NCBI RefSeq assembly: GCF_009914755.1
Contig: NC_060946.1
Length of the DNA: 64,000 bases
From: the human T2T-CHM13v2.0 reference genome, Homo sapiens
Reading direction: 5' to 3' (one strand)
Numbering within the stretch: the stretch's first letter is position 1; each line of letters opens with the position of its first letter. Below the pieces are notes generated by a model. The model was not told the DNA's origin and searched no databases. It saw nothing but the letters and a program-made list of their open reading frames with translations. The position numbers were made by a program, and so were the translations under genes. Below are positions 1-15,100 of this stretch, one piece after another.

Positions 1-898
1 AAAATACTGAATGACAAATCACAGGATAGAAAAGAATTATATTGTACCTGGAATTTGAAGTCTTCAAATTTATTTAGGTATATGTATCTATATGTATTAA
101 TAGAGACATATTTAACTGATTATAAGTTTAGAACATTTATATTTTAAAGATGTCATTCTTTAAAAATTATTAATATCTACAGGATTGATACAGATATTTT
201 AATTTTAAACAAATATTTTTCACTAATGTGACCAGCATTTATGTCCTATTTCATTAAACAGACATTTCAAGATTTTTTAGAGTTAATTTTTAAAAATTAA
301 GTATCACAAATATTTCTGAAGTACTACCTTAAAAAATAAAACTCTTTCCTAGCTTTTCATATAGTTAAACATTTTCATAATGACTAAAAAGATAAAAATA
401 AATTAGCAACCATAATTAAATTAGAATTCTACTTTTTATATCAGATGAAATACTACATAAAATGTCCAGAAAATCTAGTGTTAATGAGGCTGTGCAGCCT
501 GGACATTTGATGTCTCATCTGTGGGAATGTGAACTAACCCAACCATTCTGAATAATTATTGACTCTGTGTGTTAACAGTCTAGAGTCCTGAAACAAGGAT
601 CTTAATTCTAAAATAAAATCCTATTCTAAGAATATACCAAGGGTTGATAATCAAGGAAGTTTCAAAGTTATAGAGAAGAACCTTCATCCTAGCATTATAT
701 ATGTAATCATCCATATAAACCACATAGTGTTGAATGAAATTACAGAAAAACAAAGAGCCTACAGAATATGTTTCTCTTTGTGTACAACAGTAAATGTACA
801 CATCTATCCATGTAAAATTTTACATCTCAGGAAGATAGGTACCAACATGTTAACATGCTATATCTATAAGATAAGAAATTTTACTTTCCTACAATTTC

Positions 899-1018
899 AT
901 ACACACACACACACACACACTCTCAAACATACATACCCACACACCGAGGATATATACACACACAAATATATATATAAACATACATGTTTATATAGGTACA
1001 CACACACATACATATACA
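899..1018. repeat. (CA)n/(TA)n degenerate microsatellite
   Basis: About 10 CA units followed by mixed CA/TA low-complexity sequence; explains the HTHT-rich ORF 727-1104. Confidence 0.85.
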
Positions 1019-1362
1019 CAGATGGTCAACAAATTATAATGGTTCAATTTATGATTTATTTACTTTATGATGAAGCAAAAGTGATAGCTTTGAATAGAAT
1101 ATAACCATTCTGCTTTTCACTTTCAGTACAATATTCAACAAATTACATAAAATATCCAAAACTTTATTATAAAGTGGGTTTTGTATTCAATGATTTTGCC
1201 CAATTGTCAGGTGATGTAAGTGTTCTGAGCACATTAAAGGTATGCCAGGCTAAGCTGTGATATTCAGTAAGTTAGGTATTAAATACATTTTTAACTTACT
1301 GTATTTTCAATTTATAATCAGCTTATCAAGACTTAACCCCATTGTACATTGAAAAGCATTTG
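1019..1362 (-). mobile_element. MER47A-like (TcMar-Tigger) DNA transposon fossil
   Basis: Ends CAGATGGTC...GCATTTG followed by TA; internal GTAAGTGTTCTGAGCAC and GGCTAAGCT match MER47 reverse complement as recalled. Confidence 0.75.
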
Positions 1363-1464
1363 TATTGCATTAAACATGTTATATATATTTTTAATTGAAA
1401 TTACTGGCAACTTTTGAAAAAATGTAATGAAATAATGTGCTTTGCTATTGGTTAAAATGTTTTT

Positions 1465-1786
<322 letters not shown>

Positions 1787-3699
1787 GTTTTCAGCTTCAA
1801 GTAACAGAATAGTCAACTAATTAAAGAAAAAAACAAGGAGCAACTTTTACCAAATCGCACAACAAATAGATGGTATCAATGCTTACTTAATTCAACATGA
1901 TCCACTTTGTGATTCTCTTATCTTTCTACCTATGTTTTCAAGATGGCTATGGCATTCCCAGCCTTACAACTTCATGTGACAAAATCCAATGGCAGGAAAT
2001 AATAAGTGACGGCATTTTGGAACTTTAAGGAAAAACTTTAAGGATTGGAAAACAGGGATGCCATATGTCCAGTAACATGGGATAGCCGTTCCTAATTAAG
2101 GATTGCTGTATGTCCTGAATGACTTTCTAATGTAATGAAGGTGAATAACCTGCTTTGTTTAATTATACAATCCCAAATGTAACTGCCTAAGTGCCAAGTA
2201 CTTTTGCATGGTTTTAATATGCCATGAATTTTGCAAGAATGAAACTACTATGTATATGAGAAAAGATGGTAGATTTTTTCATTTAGATACTCATTTCAGA
2301 GTCTCAATAGGAAAAATAGAACACACACAAACTAAGATAATTTAACATGGGTTTATTTCCAAAGAGACTACTTACGAAAATGTCAGCGGAGAAGGGTGAA
2401 GGAATCACAGAAATCACACCCCACAATAACTCTGGGTTAGTAGCAGCAGGCAGAGTTCTGGGGAGTAAACTTCCCTGATCATGCAAGGAAACACTAATTT
2501 TCTTATGAAAAAGATTGGTCAAGGAGACCTAGCAGAGAGGGAGTTTAGGCAATAACCCCCAATCCCATTTCCTCCTTCCCTTTAATCTCATGAACATGCA
2601 TAGAAGGCAATGAGCAAGGGAACAGATTGAGATATTCAATATGGACCATTCCACTTGGACAAAAGCCAGTAAATAGGGGAGTATAACAGGGGACAAGGGC
2701 CAAACAGAAAGTATCTATTACATTTACCAATGCAGATCAATCATGTCAAAAACAGAAATGGCAGTTTTGGCATTTGGTTATTCAATGAAACTATATTTGT
2801 AGCTTTTTATTTACAATGTTTCAAGGTATGGGCGAAGATATGAAAATTTCATTATGTTCTATTTTATTTGATATGTAAATGTTCTGGCACAATTATATAC
2901 ATTTTGGATCATATATTGACAGTAAATTATTTCTCCTTTGTTAGCTTCAGCATAACATTAATATTTTCAACAACTTGAATGCATACATTGTGTTCTCACT
3001 AATAGTTTAGAATAGTGAAGGGGTCTTTGAAGAATTTCTTATGAAGTAGAGGCATTGGGTCAGACAGAGCCGAAAACCATTGGCTTAGATTAATCACTAT
3101 TTATCCTAGGGCTGAAGAGGGCCAATTGAAGACACAAATGTCCAATCCCTTTATGACCTTGGAGTTCTATGAACCAGAGAAATAGAGACTGGTTCTTAAG
3201 GAGGTAATAAGTGTGCCTTCTATGGTTTATAATAATATGCATTGTCTTAACAATCGAATACTTAAAAGTTAATGCCCTCATAATATGCAAAATTTTTAAT
3301 AAGCACATTGGTCCCTGTGTTCAAGTAGTTGGTAATCAAATTAGCGAAGTATGGTAAGTCTTTTGAAGAGCATTAAACAGCAGAGAATGTAAGAAATTTG
3401 TCTCTATAATAGTGTGGGCCTTCTGTGTTTCCTAAGGGCACATTCATATGATCTAATAACTGAGCAGAGAGAAGCCTAAAGGATAGTTTTTGGTTTCATT
3501 TGTTTGTTTTTCCAATTAACATACATTTCTAGATTAAAGGTCAACTATCTTTTCCTTGGGAGTCAACTATAGGAGAAGATAGTGAAGAGGCAAGGAAAAT
3601 TACAGCAGCTCAACAGCTTTACCCTGGAAATATCTGTATTGTGTACCGCTATAGCCTACCTTTATCAGTCAGATAACAATGTCAAAGAGGCAAGCTTGG

Positions 3700-3960
3700 C
3701 ACCATTGCTCTTAGTGAATCCCTGCTGCCAGCCTTTTATCCTAAGTGCTCTCCAAAGACCCATTTAATGGACCTTCCTGAAATTGTGCTCAGGATCAATA
3801 TGAGGCTCATTGATACAGCATTTTTGGAACTCACCATTTGCTTATTTATTAAACCTGGGATAGTTGCCCGACTTCTATCATCTGAAATCCTCTCCATGAC
3901 TTTCAAAGTTACCAACATTGGTTCCAACATCATTCCTAGAAAACATTTCAGTGGAGTATA
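3700..3960 (-). mobile_element. Probable CR1/L3 LINE fragment
   Basis: GGATCAATATGAGGCTCA...TCTCCATGACTTTCAAAGTTACC resembles antisense L3 RT region; highly diverged. Confidence 0.4.
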
Positions 3961-5589
3961 TTTATCTGACATTTGACTGTATTTATAGCAGTAAGAATCT
4001 ATGGTGATTCCTCCCAAAATAATCCCACAATTACACATTTTGGGTCACCTTGAGGGTCTTATCCTTAATATCAGAGATCTGTTCTATACATTTGAGTTTT
4101 AGAAATAATTACTAGCTTCTCTCTGAATTTAACTGAGGTTCCTTACTTTTATTCAGCCTGTTACCTAAATTACATAATGTATTGAAGGCTATAAACTGTC
4201 CAAATTTCTGATTACATTGAGTTAAAAATGGGAATATGACTTTCTTTTTCTAACTTGGCAAAGATTATGTTTTTTTCATGAAGAAATATAGGCATATTTA
4301 AACACTCAGGATCTGAGAATTTGAAATACATGAAACTTAGCAAGTGGTCTTTAAGTAGTTTTCATTTCTAAATTATAGTACATACCATTGAATGCTACAG
4401 AAGGAAAGACAATGAGGGATTACTCATAAACATTGCCTTTATGATATCCTTCCAAAGAAAACCAAGTGTCCCTGTGCTTGGACTCATAAAGCAGAAATGC
4501 TTACCTTGCTTTTATGTCACTAACAAACAATTGTGCCTAGTCATTTAATTCTAACGCATTTAAGCCATCTAGAGAGTGGAGCCCCTAGGGAAAACTACAA
4601 ATGGAAAATTCATTGATTTTTGATTTTGCTTTCCTATGGATTAAATTTAACACTTTCTTGTAAATCTCTCCCTTTACAGATCATATGTGATAAATAGTTA
4701 TCCAACTTTCTAGATGTCCACCCAGAGCTGCTTCCATATGAAGAGGTGGAAACGGATTCTGTGCATGATACTGGTTAGGATCGGGAACTGTTTTTTTTTA
4801 AAGGAGATTTTTAAAATTTGTTTTCCTTGTACACATAGCCTTAATATTGTGTTGCTAACTGCCCTCTGGGAACAAAGTCATACCAATCACAAATACATTG
4901 CCTAAAGTGGGATGGTTATTACTCTGCTGTGAATTGCACCTCCTATTATGTTTTAAAGATGCTACAAACTTGAGACATTACTATGTAGATGACATTCCCA
5001 GCAAATCCCCAAACAACACTTAATGAGATTTCAAATACCAGGATCATGAAACAGTAAGAGATATAAGGAAATAAAGAAAAACACAGTATATGTGTAGAAG
5101 GCATTAAAACACAAATTTTATAATTACGAATGCATATAATAAGGAATAAGTTTTATTCTAAATAGCAATTATATCAGAACTACGATACAGGGAATAAAAG
5201 TGAATATTAAGCCATTGTACCAACAATAACAGAGCCCCTTTTCTGCTGCGTGATGGAATTTAGTGTTTACTAAGGAAGAAAAAAATGCAAGATATCTTAA
5301 ATTTGGTACTTTCCAACAAATTTAAGAAATGTGTACACACTTGAGGAGACTTAAGAAGTCTCTGACTAAAACACTAGAAAAGAAAAGCAGTGAAAAACCA
5401 AATAAGTATTACTCAACAATAACAACATTTGTTACTATTATATTAATATTAAACACACTATTAAGCAACAACATTTCAGTTACTCACTGAGCCCAAAGTC
5501 ATTTTTCATGAACCATTCACAACACTGATAACCTATTGAAAAATGATTGAAAACAAAAAAGCTTATTTCTTTCCAAGTCCTTTTAAAGC

Positions 5590-5730
5590 CTTCTCATGTG
5601 TCATTTCATATAATCCTTATAACAAATCTATGGAGTATATACTGACTTTATCTCTGTACAGAAAAGAAAACTGAATCACATTCAGAATAAGTTGCAAAGA
5701 TCCCCAGATAATCAGTGTCATAGGTGAAAT
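5590..5730 (-). mobile_element. MIR fragment
   Basis: TAATCCTTATAACAAATCTATG...ACAGAAAAGAAAACTGA core-like motif. Confidence 0.6.
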
Positions 5731-5760
5731 ATGATGTCACAGTGTACTCAAGAGTAATTT

Positions 5761-5995
5761 AGGGAAGCAGTACAAATGATGGTTGAAAGCACAGGTTCTG
5801 GGGTAAATAGCCTGAAGTCAAAATCTAGTTCATATCCTCAGTGGCTGTGTGATCTTGGGAAATTTCCCTTAACTCTCTGTGTCTTGATTTTATAGTTTCA
5901 TCCATTTTTGCCTCTCATATGATCTGGTGAGCGTTACACTAGTTTATGCTTCTAGGACACTGAAAACAGTGCCTGGCTCTTGATAAATATTAACA
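5761..5995 (+). mobile_element. MIR
   Basis: GGCTGTGTGATCTTGGGAAATTTCCCTTAACTCTCTGTG and AACAGTGCCTGGC. Confidence 0.75.
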
Positions 5996-6616
5996 ATTTT
6001 GTTTCATTTTCTTCACCTTGAGTATTTCATGGCCAGATGGAAATCAATGTCAATATGAAAAAATGTTCATAATTCAGCAGGAAGAAATACAAAACCATAT
6101 AAACAACTTTGTTTTATTGGCAAGTGTATTTGGAAGCTATGTTAAATTGAGAAGGGGAAGGGAAAGCCTCTAAGGATATCGATTAATCAATGACTGAAAG
6201 CTGATGAGACTTGTCTGGAATTTTTTTTTTGGAGACTCTGAGACTTAAAATTTTGACAAAATAAGGAGATGAATTGAGTAGTGTGGAAGAGACATTTTCT
6301 GAAGTCAGCAGAGAAAGGAGAGACAAATATGGTAAGGGGAAAATGGTATGAAGTAATAATATGAATGAAGTGCTTTCTAAAGTATAACACATGTAAGTTG
6401 TGTTAAATGTAAACTATCATGATTATATCATTACTGTCTGACTGATACAACTATATCCACCTCAGTTAGCCACATAAGATCAATTTTCCTATATCTTAGA
6501 GAATACCAGTAACCTCCAGTTCAGAAACAGCATAAATATCTATCCACAGCTGAGCAGACACATACAGCTAGCTACCAGATGAAATGGGCTATATCTTCAA
6601 ATACTATTGTTTTCCA

Positions 6617-6835
6617 TTTTTTAACTGTGGCAAAACACACTCAACAATTTGCATCTTAACCACTGTTAAGTATACAATTCAGTGTCATTAAATGTATTCA
6701 CAATGTTGTGCAAGCATCACCACCACCCATCTCCATAATTCTTTTTGTCTTGTAAAATTGAAATCCTGTACCCATTAAAAAGTGACTCCCCATTCCCCGC
6801 CCTCCCAGGGCAACTACAGCTTTACTTTCTGTCTT
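6617..6835 (-). mobile_element. L1MB-type 3' UTR fragment
   Basis: TTAAGTATACAATTCAGTG...ACAATGTTGTGCAAGCATCACC...GTACCCATTAAA. Confidence 0.75.
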
Positions 6836-7469
6836 GATGAATCATACAATATCAAATGGAATTTTTAAGATATTTAAAATCTTTTGTCTGGAAGCGAAGT
6901 GGAAGTTAATATCAATGGCTATGCCTTCAGTGAGTTCTCAGACCACATTGCAATGTAGTTAACTATTTATCTTTTATTACGTTCTAGACCTATTATTTCT
7001 TTCTGGCACAAAAATATCTTCTTTGTAGATTATGGCATTTACCTCTATCTCCACACCTTTCTGCGTCTGTCATCCACAGATCATCAGCCTCTTGCTTAGT
7101 CTCCATTTAATGACAATTTCTATTTAGTATACAAGAGTCCTTCCCCCCGCAATGCAATTTCTTCACTCTGAAAAGCTCTGACTCTGGCTACTGGTCTCTG
7201 TTATGTACTCATCCCTAGAGCCATGTCTTCAAATATTTCTCAGAACTTCTTCACATCTAAAAATCTAGGATTAATGTATTGCTCTCTGATTATATTCTTC
7301 TGGTATTTCAAGTATCCTGTATAACTTCTTCATCTGCCCTTGCTTTTCTTCTACATCAAGATGTCAAGTTCATGGACTTCCCAATTAATCATTTTAAAAA
7401 TTTATTTCAAGCCTTTATGAGTCACTACAATGTACATATGTTCTCAGGAATTATGACCCTACAATTTGT

Positions 7470-7800
7470 ATATGAGAATAGTTCCTGTGTCAGGCATTAT
7501 GGACATAAGAGTAAATAAATTCTAGCCCCTGCCTACAAGGAGCTAATTCCCAGCCTAAGACAGATTGTAAGCCAATAATATGTAGAGTTGTAAGTCTAAG
7601 GAAACTGATTGGGATGTACCTAATTCGAGCTGGGAATATCAGAAGAAAAACTTTTTGAAAGTCATGAGACATGAGCTGTGCCTAAAAGAATAAAAATAGA
7701 GTGAGAAATAAGAATAAATAAATTAGGGAATGAGATGGGTATAATAGTAGAAAAAGGAAATCTCTTTAGATAAAACAGGTTATGAGAGTATATAGGAGGC
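7470..7800 (-). mobile_element. L2 fragment
   Basis: TGTGTCAGGCATTAT...CCCTGCCTACAAGGAGCT typical of the L2 3' end read antisense. Confidence 0.55.
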
Positions 7801-8475
7801 TTATTAACTCAGTGTGGTTGGAGAAAACAGGTTGAAAGGAGAAATAGGGGAGAAAGTTCCAAAGGGAATCAAATGTGTTAGTAGTTGAGGGAAAAGCAAA
7901 TATTGAATACGACCCATAGATCTTGGATAACCCAGTGTTTGGTAGTAGCTTACATAAAAGGTTGTGACAAAATAACCAGAGATATGTGGAGAAAATAATA
8001 ACTGAGTGTTATATTTCCTCTCAGTAGAAACCTAAAAAAAAAAATGTAATCACATACTGATCCTTTAACTGACCTCCACTTATCTTGCTGCCTGGATTGG
8101 TATATATAGTCCTCTGCCTGAAAAATTGCTCAACACTTTTGAAAGGTTGTTTCTCACTGTTACTCCCAGGCATTTCTGCTAACACCAGCTGAGTTGTAAG
8201 GGGCCCTCCAGGAGGCCTAGGTTGTTCTCCTTATCACATATATTATTTTCATTTATCAATTTACCCAGAACATCTAATGAAATATTATGGACACCAATAA
8301 CATGAATACAAATACAGCTATAGTCCCTAAAAAGTAAATTGATGTCTCTTGAAAGACTGTCATGTCTTAGATGCTAAATTTGGAGTATGTGTTTCTAATA
8401 AATAAATAGCTTGCTTTAATAATTCTGATTTATGAATGTAATATAGGGGAGCAGCTTTTATTTCATCCTTAATCT

Positions 8476-8647
8476 TAAAAAACAATTAGCCGGGTGTGGT
8501 GGCGGGCACCTGTAGTCCCAGCTACTCAGGAGGCTGAAGCAGAAGGATGGTGTGCACCTGGGAGGCGGAGCTTGCTGTAAGCCAAAATTGTGCCACTGTA
8601 CTCCAGCCTGAGTGACAGTGTGAGACTCTGTCTCAAAAAAAAAAAAA
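8476..8647 (+). mobile_element. 5'-truncated Alu (right monomer, AluY-like)
   Basis: AATTAGCCGGGTGTGGTGGCGGGC...GGAGGCGGAGCTTGC...poly-A. Confidence 0.9.
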
Positions 8648-9055
8648 GATCATACAAGGAGTAAATGATGATTTAGCATAAAACACAACTTGAGCCTAAA
8701 ACACAGATCATAGGGCTCAAACTTTGTTATTTTATGGGATTATACTAACCAGTTAATATTCAAAATTTACCATTTCAAAAGAAGAAATATTGGTCTGGGA
8801 AAATTGCCATTGCTTATACAGAAGAATGGAGGAATCTTTTTGAGAACAACAATTCTAATGATCTTCTTCATCACTGGTTCCAAAACCAAGCCCATGGAAG
8901 GCCTGCATAGGGATAATGTGGAGAACATGCAAAAGAAATACACATCACCAGCTCCTCAACTCAGAGCTCCAAGGGAATGGCCAAGGAAGCTGTATTGTCC
9001 TAAGAAATTTGAGACTGTTTTGACTTACAATAAATCCTGCTCAATCATATGTATG

Positions 9056-9058
<3 letters not shown>

Positions 9059-9105
<47 letters not shown>
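9059..9105. repeat. (CA)~23 microsatellite
   Basis: Perfect AC run. Confidence 0.98.
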
Positions 9106-9108
<3 letters not shown>

Positions 9109-9602
9109 GGTGTTGTCAGTGAAGCCTCTAACATTGCATCTTGACTGGACAGATTTGACAATTAAAATGGCTGGAAGAAAATAGGCTTCATAAGTGTCAC
9201 TTACTATTCACATTACACATTAAAAGGACATCTCCTAAATTAAATCTTGTCTATGATAAAAAGGCAGAAAATCATGACCCAAGGCTCATTTATAACTGCA
9301 GAAATGTTCAAGATAGACCAATGCTTGCTATGTTTAGGAAGTGACAAGAAAGTACAGGTCTTTATAATCTACCATTTTGCCCCTTTTGATACCAGGTGCC
9401 CTTCATAATGCAGGCTATAGAGAATTACAAGATTTGTCAGAGATTTCAGGTCTTTGGAAAGCTATGTTCTTTCACAAGAACAGCCATGGAAACAGGAAGA
9501 AAGTCAATTCCCACTTAAGGTAATCAGAATTTACAAATATTCCTTTCTTCATTGAAATCTCAATAGGCACTTCGATATTATATTTAATTAATTCTTTTGT
9601 TA

Positions 9603-9977
9603 CAATCATGCATCACATAACAACATTTTGGTCAAGGATAGTGCACTTGTATGACAGTGGTGCAATAAAATCATAACACTGTATTTGTACTGTACCTCTT
9701 GTATGTTTAGACATGTATAGATACACTTACTGTATAGATATAAGTAAGTATAGATATACTTAACTGTTGTGTTACAATTGCCTACAGTATTCAGTACAGT
9801 AATATGCTGCACAGTTTTGTAGCCTAGGAGGAATAGGCTATACCACCTAACCTAGGTATGTAATCAGCTATAGCATCTAGGTTTGTGTAAGTAAACTCTG
9901 TGATGTTCATACAATAATAAAATTGTCCAGCAATGCATTTCTCAGACACACCCCTGTCATTAAGTGACACATGACTG
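9603..9977 (+). mobile_element. Tigger3a/MER7-like DNA transposon
   Basis: Terminal inverted repeats CAATCATGCATCAC / GTGACACATGACTG flanked by TA on both sides; TAGCCTAGG core. Confidence 0.85.
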
Positions 9978-11895
9978 TATTAGTTAACACTATGGGAACT
10001 TCATGGGAAATGGACACTCTAGCTCCACCATAAATAGAAACTGTTTATGTCAAAAAACACATAAAAGCATAGTTGCAAGATTACAATTCCTTCCAGATAT
10101 TTCATTTAGTATCTCCACAGATCACTAACTTCCTGAATAGCATTCTTCTGTCTCCACTGCCTCACATTTGATTTCAGGTCATTCCATCAATTGTCAAAGA
10201 CGCATCCAACATTAACTTTCCAACTACTGGTTTGGATTGTGTCAACATTGTCATTCTGGGCCACAACAACACAAAAGGCTAACTCAGTGAGGTAACATAG
10301 ACACTGATCAGTGAGATTTTGCTGATGGGTGGTACCATTTTTTACCAAGATCAAGGGTATTCATACCTTCAGGCATCTAGATAACATTGAAAAGGGCAGG
10401 TTCATAGATAAAAAGGGAAAGAGGAAGGGTTTTTGCAGTATATATGAGCTACCATGTCTCCTGTTTAACCTGAGTCTGAAGAGATTCAAAGTGCAGGTGC
10501 CATGAATGCCTCTTTAATAGCTCCATGTCGATTGATTTTCTGGGCTACACTTCACAGCATTCAAATTGCTAAATGCATATAAACTACTAGTGGATATTTA
10601 TTACCTGGATTTGTGCTTCTGAGTGACCTTATCTATAGTTATGTGCTTCAGTGATCCAACTTGGGGTGCACTCCAAACTTTGATAAATTAAAGACCCTGC
10701 ATATTCCTTGAGTAATGCTACACTGACAACTGATTTAGTGAATGCCACTGTGAAAATAATAAACCTCTTGGTGAATATATTTAGACATGTCTTGGAACCT
10801 GTACACATCTTAACCAGGGATGTTACTTGGTCTTTTTATGTTCAGGAGTGTCTGGAGATAGAAAAACATACAGGATTGTAATTGTTGCCTGTGAGACTAA
10901 CAGAAAATTCAAGCTAGTGAAGTATGCTTATGCATGGCACACTTCTCACCAGCAATTTTAGGAAGTTCTACCCACAACCCATATGTCTTTTGATATGTGG
11001 GTTACCTTGGAGAGAGAAAAAGAAACTCTGAACACAAGCATGAAATACTTTCGAATTTTATCTAGAGTTGGACTTGTCCAAAAGCTTTTGTATAAACTTG
11101 CTTGATGAGGAACTGTTGTCCACTGGTACCTTCACCGTACAATCCACACACAACCAAACTTCACAACTGGACACCTAAATTTGCACTTTGTTTGGTAAAG
11201 TTGAATGAAAAATGTTGTCTTTTAAGCTTATGTTCTCTTATGAAAGCTGTTATTAGATTAATTTTACTCCAAGATATGCCAGTTAGGAAATAACTTCCCA
11301 TTTAATTTCACCAGCTCCCTGTGGGTGGACTAATTACTCATACATCACACTTACTCTGGTGGTGAAATGCCTCAAAAGAAGGTCTCCAGAGTGTTGCTTT
11401 ACCTAGAAGGACAAGAATGAAGAGACATAAAAATCATTCATTAAGAAGGAAGAAGATTTTCCTTGCCTAGATTTTCACTTGTAGGATGCAATTAATTTTA
11501 TCACTTAATATTTTGTCATGGTGGGCATTCACTTTACAAATTTGTAAGGTCAGTAGAAATGGAAACTTTTGGAAATCAAACTGTAAATGTTCTGTAGACG
11601 TTGACAGAAATAGCTATTTGGAGCTGCGCTTTTGCCAACTAGACACTCTGAGAAAATCTGTGAGAGGATATTTTCAGGAAGTCATTGAACCCCCTAAAAA
11701 TCAAGTTTATTGCTTTTACCATAAATATAAATAATTTATTTACTATCAACCACTTTCAATATTCGAATAAGTAACTTTATTGTTTATTTCATTGACATGA
11801 TCTACATAGACATGCAATTTATCTTCTTTTGCGATACATTCAGAAAATTTGCTGCCTGAAAAAGCCATGTTTTGAAATTACCACCTGTTTGATGA

Positions 11896-12143
11896 TTTTT
11901 TTTTTATACTTTAAGTTTTAGGGCACATGTGCACAACGTGCAGTTTAGTTACATATGTATACATGTGCCATGTTGGTGTGCTGCACCCATTAACTCGTCA
12001 TTTAGCATTAGGTATATCTCCTAATGCTATCCCTACCCCCTCCCCCCATCCCGCAACAGGCCCTGGTGTGTGATGTTCCCCTTCCTGTGTGCATGTGTTC
12101 TCATTGTTCAATTCCCACCTATGAGTGAGAACATGCAGAGTTT
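11896..12143 (-). mobile_element. L1PA3/4-type 3' end, severely 5'-truncated
   Basis: Poly-T then TATACTTTAAGTTTTAGGG...CCCACCTATGAGTGAGAACATGC. Confidence 0.93.
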
Positions 12144-15100
12144 CATTTCCACTTAAGTATCTATCTCTATTTGTCCTTTATTTTCACTTCCATCCTAGCT
12201 CTATCCCTTGTCTCCTTCGTGTGTCTCAGGATAAGTGCCCTATAACATTTTATACTTCTGGAAACCCTTCAATATAATGTTATTACATGTAAAAATAAAA
12301 AGTCTGTTTTAGCGAACTCTTTCTTCACAAATTATCTTTTCCTAGTTCCCTATTAGACAATTTTTGTAGGCTCCATATGCTATTAATTTATATTCACTTT
12401 TAGAAGAATTTTCATCAAAAGCAGAAGTCTTATGTAAATTGTTTATATGCTATTTGTACTTCTGTGTATATATACACGCATAACCACATACATATATGTA
12501 ACTCCAGAGGCCTGCCTGGACTGTTAAATAACTGTATTGAACAAGAGCAAGAAAAAGCTTTTCAAATTTCAAACAACAAGTTGAACTGAAGAGCTCACAT
12601 CTTTGAATGAAATAGACACTAGTAGCCTTTAAAAATTAAACATTTCTACTGTTTTAAAAAATTATAGGCATCATAGTATGAGGAAAAAATGTAATAATCC
12701 TTTTTAATTCTTGCCATTTTATTAACCACGGACTCCTTATGCCCTGACTTCATTGGTACCCCTTTGAGATTAAACAGAACAATTAATTTAAAATTCTGAT
12801 AAATAAATAAATTACACCATTTACTTGAGGTACTCTTTCACCTTTCAAGAAATATTTTGAGAATTCATTAGCTAAATATTGCTATAATGCAGGCTAGTAA
12901 TAAATAGAAATAATGATTTCATTGTAAAGTTTAAACTAATGATGGTATGATCTGGAATTTTTGTTAACCTAGAAGACATAATTAGCTCTACAGGTGAAAT
13001 GAAAGACAAAATCACTTCACATATTAGTAAAAAACAAATAATATAACTTTATAAGCTACTGCTGTTCTTTTGCTGTTAAGAACCAATGACATCTGTAATT
13101 AGGGAAGATTATGGAAAGGTTAAAGGTGAGAATACATGCAGTCTATATACAGGAAACCCAAACTGTTTAGGTTAAGGAAATGTCTGCAAAAGTCATATTA
13201 ATTAGCAGGTTCACAGGAAACTAACATTTATTGTATAAATTCCATGGTCAAATGTATTAGGGCTCCACGCACACAACTGCGCGCCATCTATGTTACCACA
13301 CAGTGCTTACTTCTTTCAGTCTTTATTCATTTCTCTCCTAATGGTCTGTATGGTATTATTACATAGTTCTAAAAACCTTCCATGAGGCAGAAATTTCATT
13401 TAATGATACAGCTTCAAAAATAATGAAAACCAGTAGAAACTTTCTATTTTTTTATGAAGCAGAATTATTGAATTTTCAGTTTCATTTATTTAATGTTACA
13501 AGAGGACAAACATATTTCTTTAATTTCTTCTTGTTATTTTTGTCTAACATCAACCAAAGCCATTTCTTTCATTTGAAGGTGAAAACTGCCCATCAAAATC
13601 CAGTTTAAGCTGAGAAACAAAGAACTAAATTTTGCATGAGACATTATACACTGCATAAATATAAAACAGGACCAGAAACAATGGTAGATTAGCAATTTTT
13701 AAAAAGACAAAAGCAGGTTATCATCAAATCAATTGTTACCAACACCCCAATTCCACCTCTAGGCCAGAAAATTAGCCACTTACCCACGGGAAAACAATGA
13801 TTGAAGACAAAGTTCACCAGTGAAAGTTGGTTATTTTTTTCCATCCTTGCATCAACTAAAATGATATCTACACTTCCTCTTAACACTTTTCTTACTTTCA
13901 AATATGTGGGTATGCTTCATTAGCTGAGGCCATGTTCCATATGTACATCTGGCTACAAGGGAAACTGGGAATGTGAGCCCTGATCCTAATGTTTGTAGAG
14001 TATTTAGAAGTTTGAGAATTCCCTCCAAATAAAGAGTTTTCTAAAACATTGTTAGACAAAAAGTTTGAATTACAAAATATGGTAGTAGCTCAGGTCTAAA
14101 CCAAATGCAGGGAAAAAACTATTAACTCTAAAAAAATTAAATACACATTTGATGGTAATGAGAAACAGAAAACAGGCAGAAATAGTAGAATACTCCACTA
14201 ATGATGAAGTATTTGACCATTGAATAAAGAAAATTGCAATGATTTAAATTTGCATCAAGGCAACTTCACACCTGATGACGCTTCCCAGTCTGTGCAAAAT
14301 TAGATGTCTACGAGTAAAGCGGTGAGTTTTACTAGCTTGAGGAATAAGAGCACAGAGTTCCAGGCTGACAGAAAAGAGGAACTGGGAAATTTGAATGACA
14401 TGGGAGGACATCTCACACAACTGAAAGTCACAGAGGAGAATATCACAGAGTAAAAATCTAAAATCAGCACTTCAACTTCATTCAAATATATGATGGCTGC
14501 TACATTTCACATTCATAAAAGGAGACTCCATAGAATCCAGCAGAAAACAACAGCTAAATTGCTAGTACAGAGCAGAGATTTCAACCATTGCATATAGCTC
14601 AGGAGTGAAAGTTTGGTGTTTGACTACGGAAAGAAGACTAATGTTAGAAAAGAGTCATTCTTCAAAGGAAAATAAACGAACCTATCTCTACAAAATATCA
14701 TACACATAATCTAACATATAATTTAATCTGCCTAGACATAGAACCAGGAAAATATGACACATAACAAAAAAAGTAAACAATGGATTAAGACACTGAAATG
14801 GCCCACACGCTGGAATTAGAATATAAGAAATTTAAAATAAGCTATTATAAGCATATTCAAGGATTTAAGGAATAGATGGTCATAAGAGGGAATATATGGA
14901 GAATCTCAACAGAGAAGTAAAAATGATAAAGAGATAATAGGACAAATTTTAGAACTGAGAGACAGAGTATCTTATATAAAAATGTCATTTTATGTACATA
15001 CCAGTAAATTAAAGATGGCACAAAAAATTATCAGTGCACTTAAAAACAGATCAAGAACAATTTCCCAATACAGTTAATACAAACGAAGAAAAATAATAAA